Origin: Folioceros fuciformis
Taxonomy: Eukaryota
Reading direction: 5' to 3'
NCBI GenBank assembly: GCA_049999805.1
Contig: JBNGIO010006380.1
Coordinates: 413,578 to 452,813, forward strand
DNA length: 39,236 bases
The position numbers were made by a program, and so were the translations under genes. The number at the start of each line of letters is the position of its first letter. Position 1 is the first letter of the stretch. A model generated the notes under the pieces. The model was not told the origin of the DNA. It ran no database searches and worked only from the letters and a program-made list of their open reading frames with translations. Shown here piece after piece: positions 37,260 through 39,236 of the stretch.

Positions 37260-39236
37260 TACAACTCATCAGTTGGTTCCTGTGCTCCAATGTTGTTTTC
37301 CGGTACGCTCGCCCTATCAAAGCTTGACTCTATGTGCCGAACCATTTCAGCAACGTTCACTAGATTAGTGCTGATGTGTGTGATCGACTGCTAGAGATTT
37401 TGGTATTGGAGAGGCGCTCCGTTAAGTTGAGTCGGTGGCAGCCCTTCGAGGGGCACCGACTCTCGAACGGGCGCCCAAGTTATGGGCACCGATTCGCGAG
37501 GAGTCCCACCCCCGCGAGCCATTGCCCGACTTAAGTTGGGCGCCGTTTCGCTGAGGGTCGTGACCCCTTGCTTGGGCGCGCCTCCTGTGAAGCGCACGCC
37601 TAGTACAATCTCACTGATGGAAACCACCTAGGGCTGTGAATCTGGGCCACCATGAGAATCTCTGCTTCTAACAAATGGGGGCTGCGATTTTCTGATGAAT
37701 TTGGGCGCCTCTCTGCTCTAGATTGCTGCTGAGATGGATGAAAATCGGTGATGATCAGATCGTCGTCGCTCTCCCCCAAGGCGGAATTTCCAACAGAATT
37801 GAGGCCGTCGGACAGATCTTGCTGGAGGGAAGTGCTAGATTCTTCATGGCGCCTTGAGGACGTCCTGCAAGGTGAGGAATTGTGCTGGGAATCAGTGGAA
37901 AAACCAGAATGCCTGAATCTTGCTTGTAATCTCTTGTTTTGTCGATTGTGATGACTTGGGGATTGAGCGGGTCCAAATTCTTGAGATTGGGGGCCTCATC
38001 AGGTTGAGGAGTCCTCCCTTGGTTATCCAATGCTTGGATTAAGGCGTCCAGTAAGTTGTCGCCCAAGGATTGAAAGTGGCGAGGTGCAAACTGTCATCCG
38101 AATCCTCGTGAATTCCTTCGTTGAAGCGATCGCCCTTGAGAATGCTCCACATCATCACCATAGCGCTCAGAAAGAGCAGCATTGCGATGATTTCTTGCCT
38201 AATTTCCCTTTTTCTATTTTTACCCCTATTTTTCTGGATTTAATTCCAGAAATTCCAATTCAACTCTGTTTCACCTGCTTTCTTCTCCTCCTAGTTTGGG
38301 GCCTATTCTAGCACTCTAGGGTTAGTCTTCCATGGCCAAGGAACCATTTCGGCTGGAAGCTGATTCTGCTGAATAAGCTACCGTTTTCAGGCCAAGTTTA
38401 GGCTGTTGATCCCACCCCTTCCCACCTCTTCTCTATCTTTCACATTGCTCATGCTCCTCCCCTGGAGGCTGGCTCAGCCACCAAGGGTGAACAGTTGCAG
38501 GGGAAGACTTAGCGGGCAGCCATCCAGCAAGAAAGAGGCGGCGTCCGCAGATCTTTGAAGATCAGACATCCTCCGAAGTCTTAGGATAGTCTAAGAGGTG
38601 GTAGATCCTTGTGGTGGTAGGGCCAGGAGCTCATTGGTGGCAGGATGTGCTAGAAGTCTAAATAAGTGGCTGGTGATAGCCGGCTAGGCTAGTGGTCCTA
38701 TTAAAATAATATTTCTCAAGTTAGAGAGAGGTGAAGTCAGAGAGAGAGAGAGGCTCCTATAAGATCAGGTGAGCCTGTAGGAGGAGGTAGTCATTCACTT
38801 TGGGAGTCAGTCTGTCACTTCGTGAGCTCTTGGAGGTACTCTGTAAATGAGCTCTTGTGGTCTGTCCTTGCTTGGGTTAGGACCTGCAGTGTGTTGCCGG
38901 CTGTGCAACGTCTGGTAGGATCGCAAGCCGTGTGTTGCTGGTTGTACAGTGTCTGGTAGGATCACAAGGTGTAATGACCAGGGTGAAGGGGCTTGCCCCT
39001 AGCTCTTGATTGTAAAGGATGTGTCTTTCTCTCGACCTATCCACTCTTGTTCCCTGTTTGGACAAGTGCTGTAATGGGATTCCGTTAGGGTTTCCAGACT
39101 CTAACTCAACGGATATTCAACTTAAGTTTATAGAACAACGTTTATATTTAGGTCATAAAACGGTTACACACAAAAAACTCTTTTATAGCCTCTTGATCAC
39201 TTATGGAAGTTATCTTTCGTGCCTCTCTTGCTCTCG
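37260..39236. mobile_element. Probable further degenerate repeat/LTR element; candidate LTR end near 39070 (TGTAATGGG on +)
   Basis: It occupies the place of element B's expected 5' LTR. It contains short minus-strand ORF remnants, repeated TTGGGCGCC/GGGCACCGA motifs at 37450-37710, and on the minus strand CTATAAAAG followed by ...CCCATTACA. No diagnostic domain. Confidence 0.35.

Noticed and set aside
39099-39110. TCTAACTCAACG as the end of copia B's 5' LTR plus TSD
   Set aside because: The adjacent sequence has no similarity to the 207-bp LTR, and the TSD would be mismatched.

Overview
Eukaryotic land-plant nuclear DNA. A hornwort such as Anthoceros is inferred from a GRP-ending DYW:KP PPR gene, mostly ~60-130 nt introns and tight gene packing. 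Layout from left to right: (1) 1-6.3 kb, an unidentified GC-rich, microsatellite-peppered block with decayed exon-like frames; (2) a 6-exon mitochondrial-type ribosomal protein L17 gene (-); (3) a decayed non-LTR retroelement with a restriction-like endonuclease (CRE-like, -); (4) a disabled PLS-PPR-E-DYW:KP(GRP) gene, a candidate U-to-C RNA editing factor, carrying an N-terminal OSB-type PDF motif (+); (5) a 10-exon RNase III + dsRBD gene with an altered catalytic signature (+); (6) tetra-ubiquitin (+); (7) XCT/XAP5 (+); (8) TFIIH p44/GTF2H2 (-); (9) from ~26.6 kb to the end, a nest of decayed LTR retrotransposons, including two Ty1/copia elements, one with an LTR that appears to end AG...CT. 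The best novelty candidate is the PDF-PPR-DYW:KP architecture. All gene models were spliced by eye and no database searches were run.
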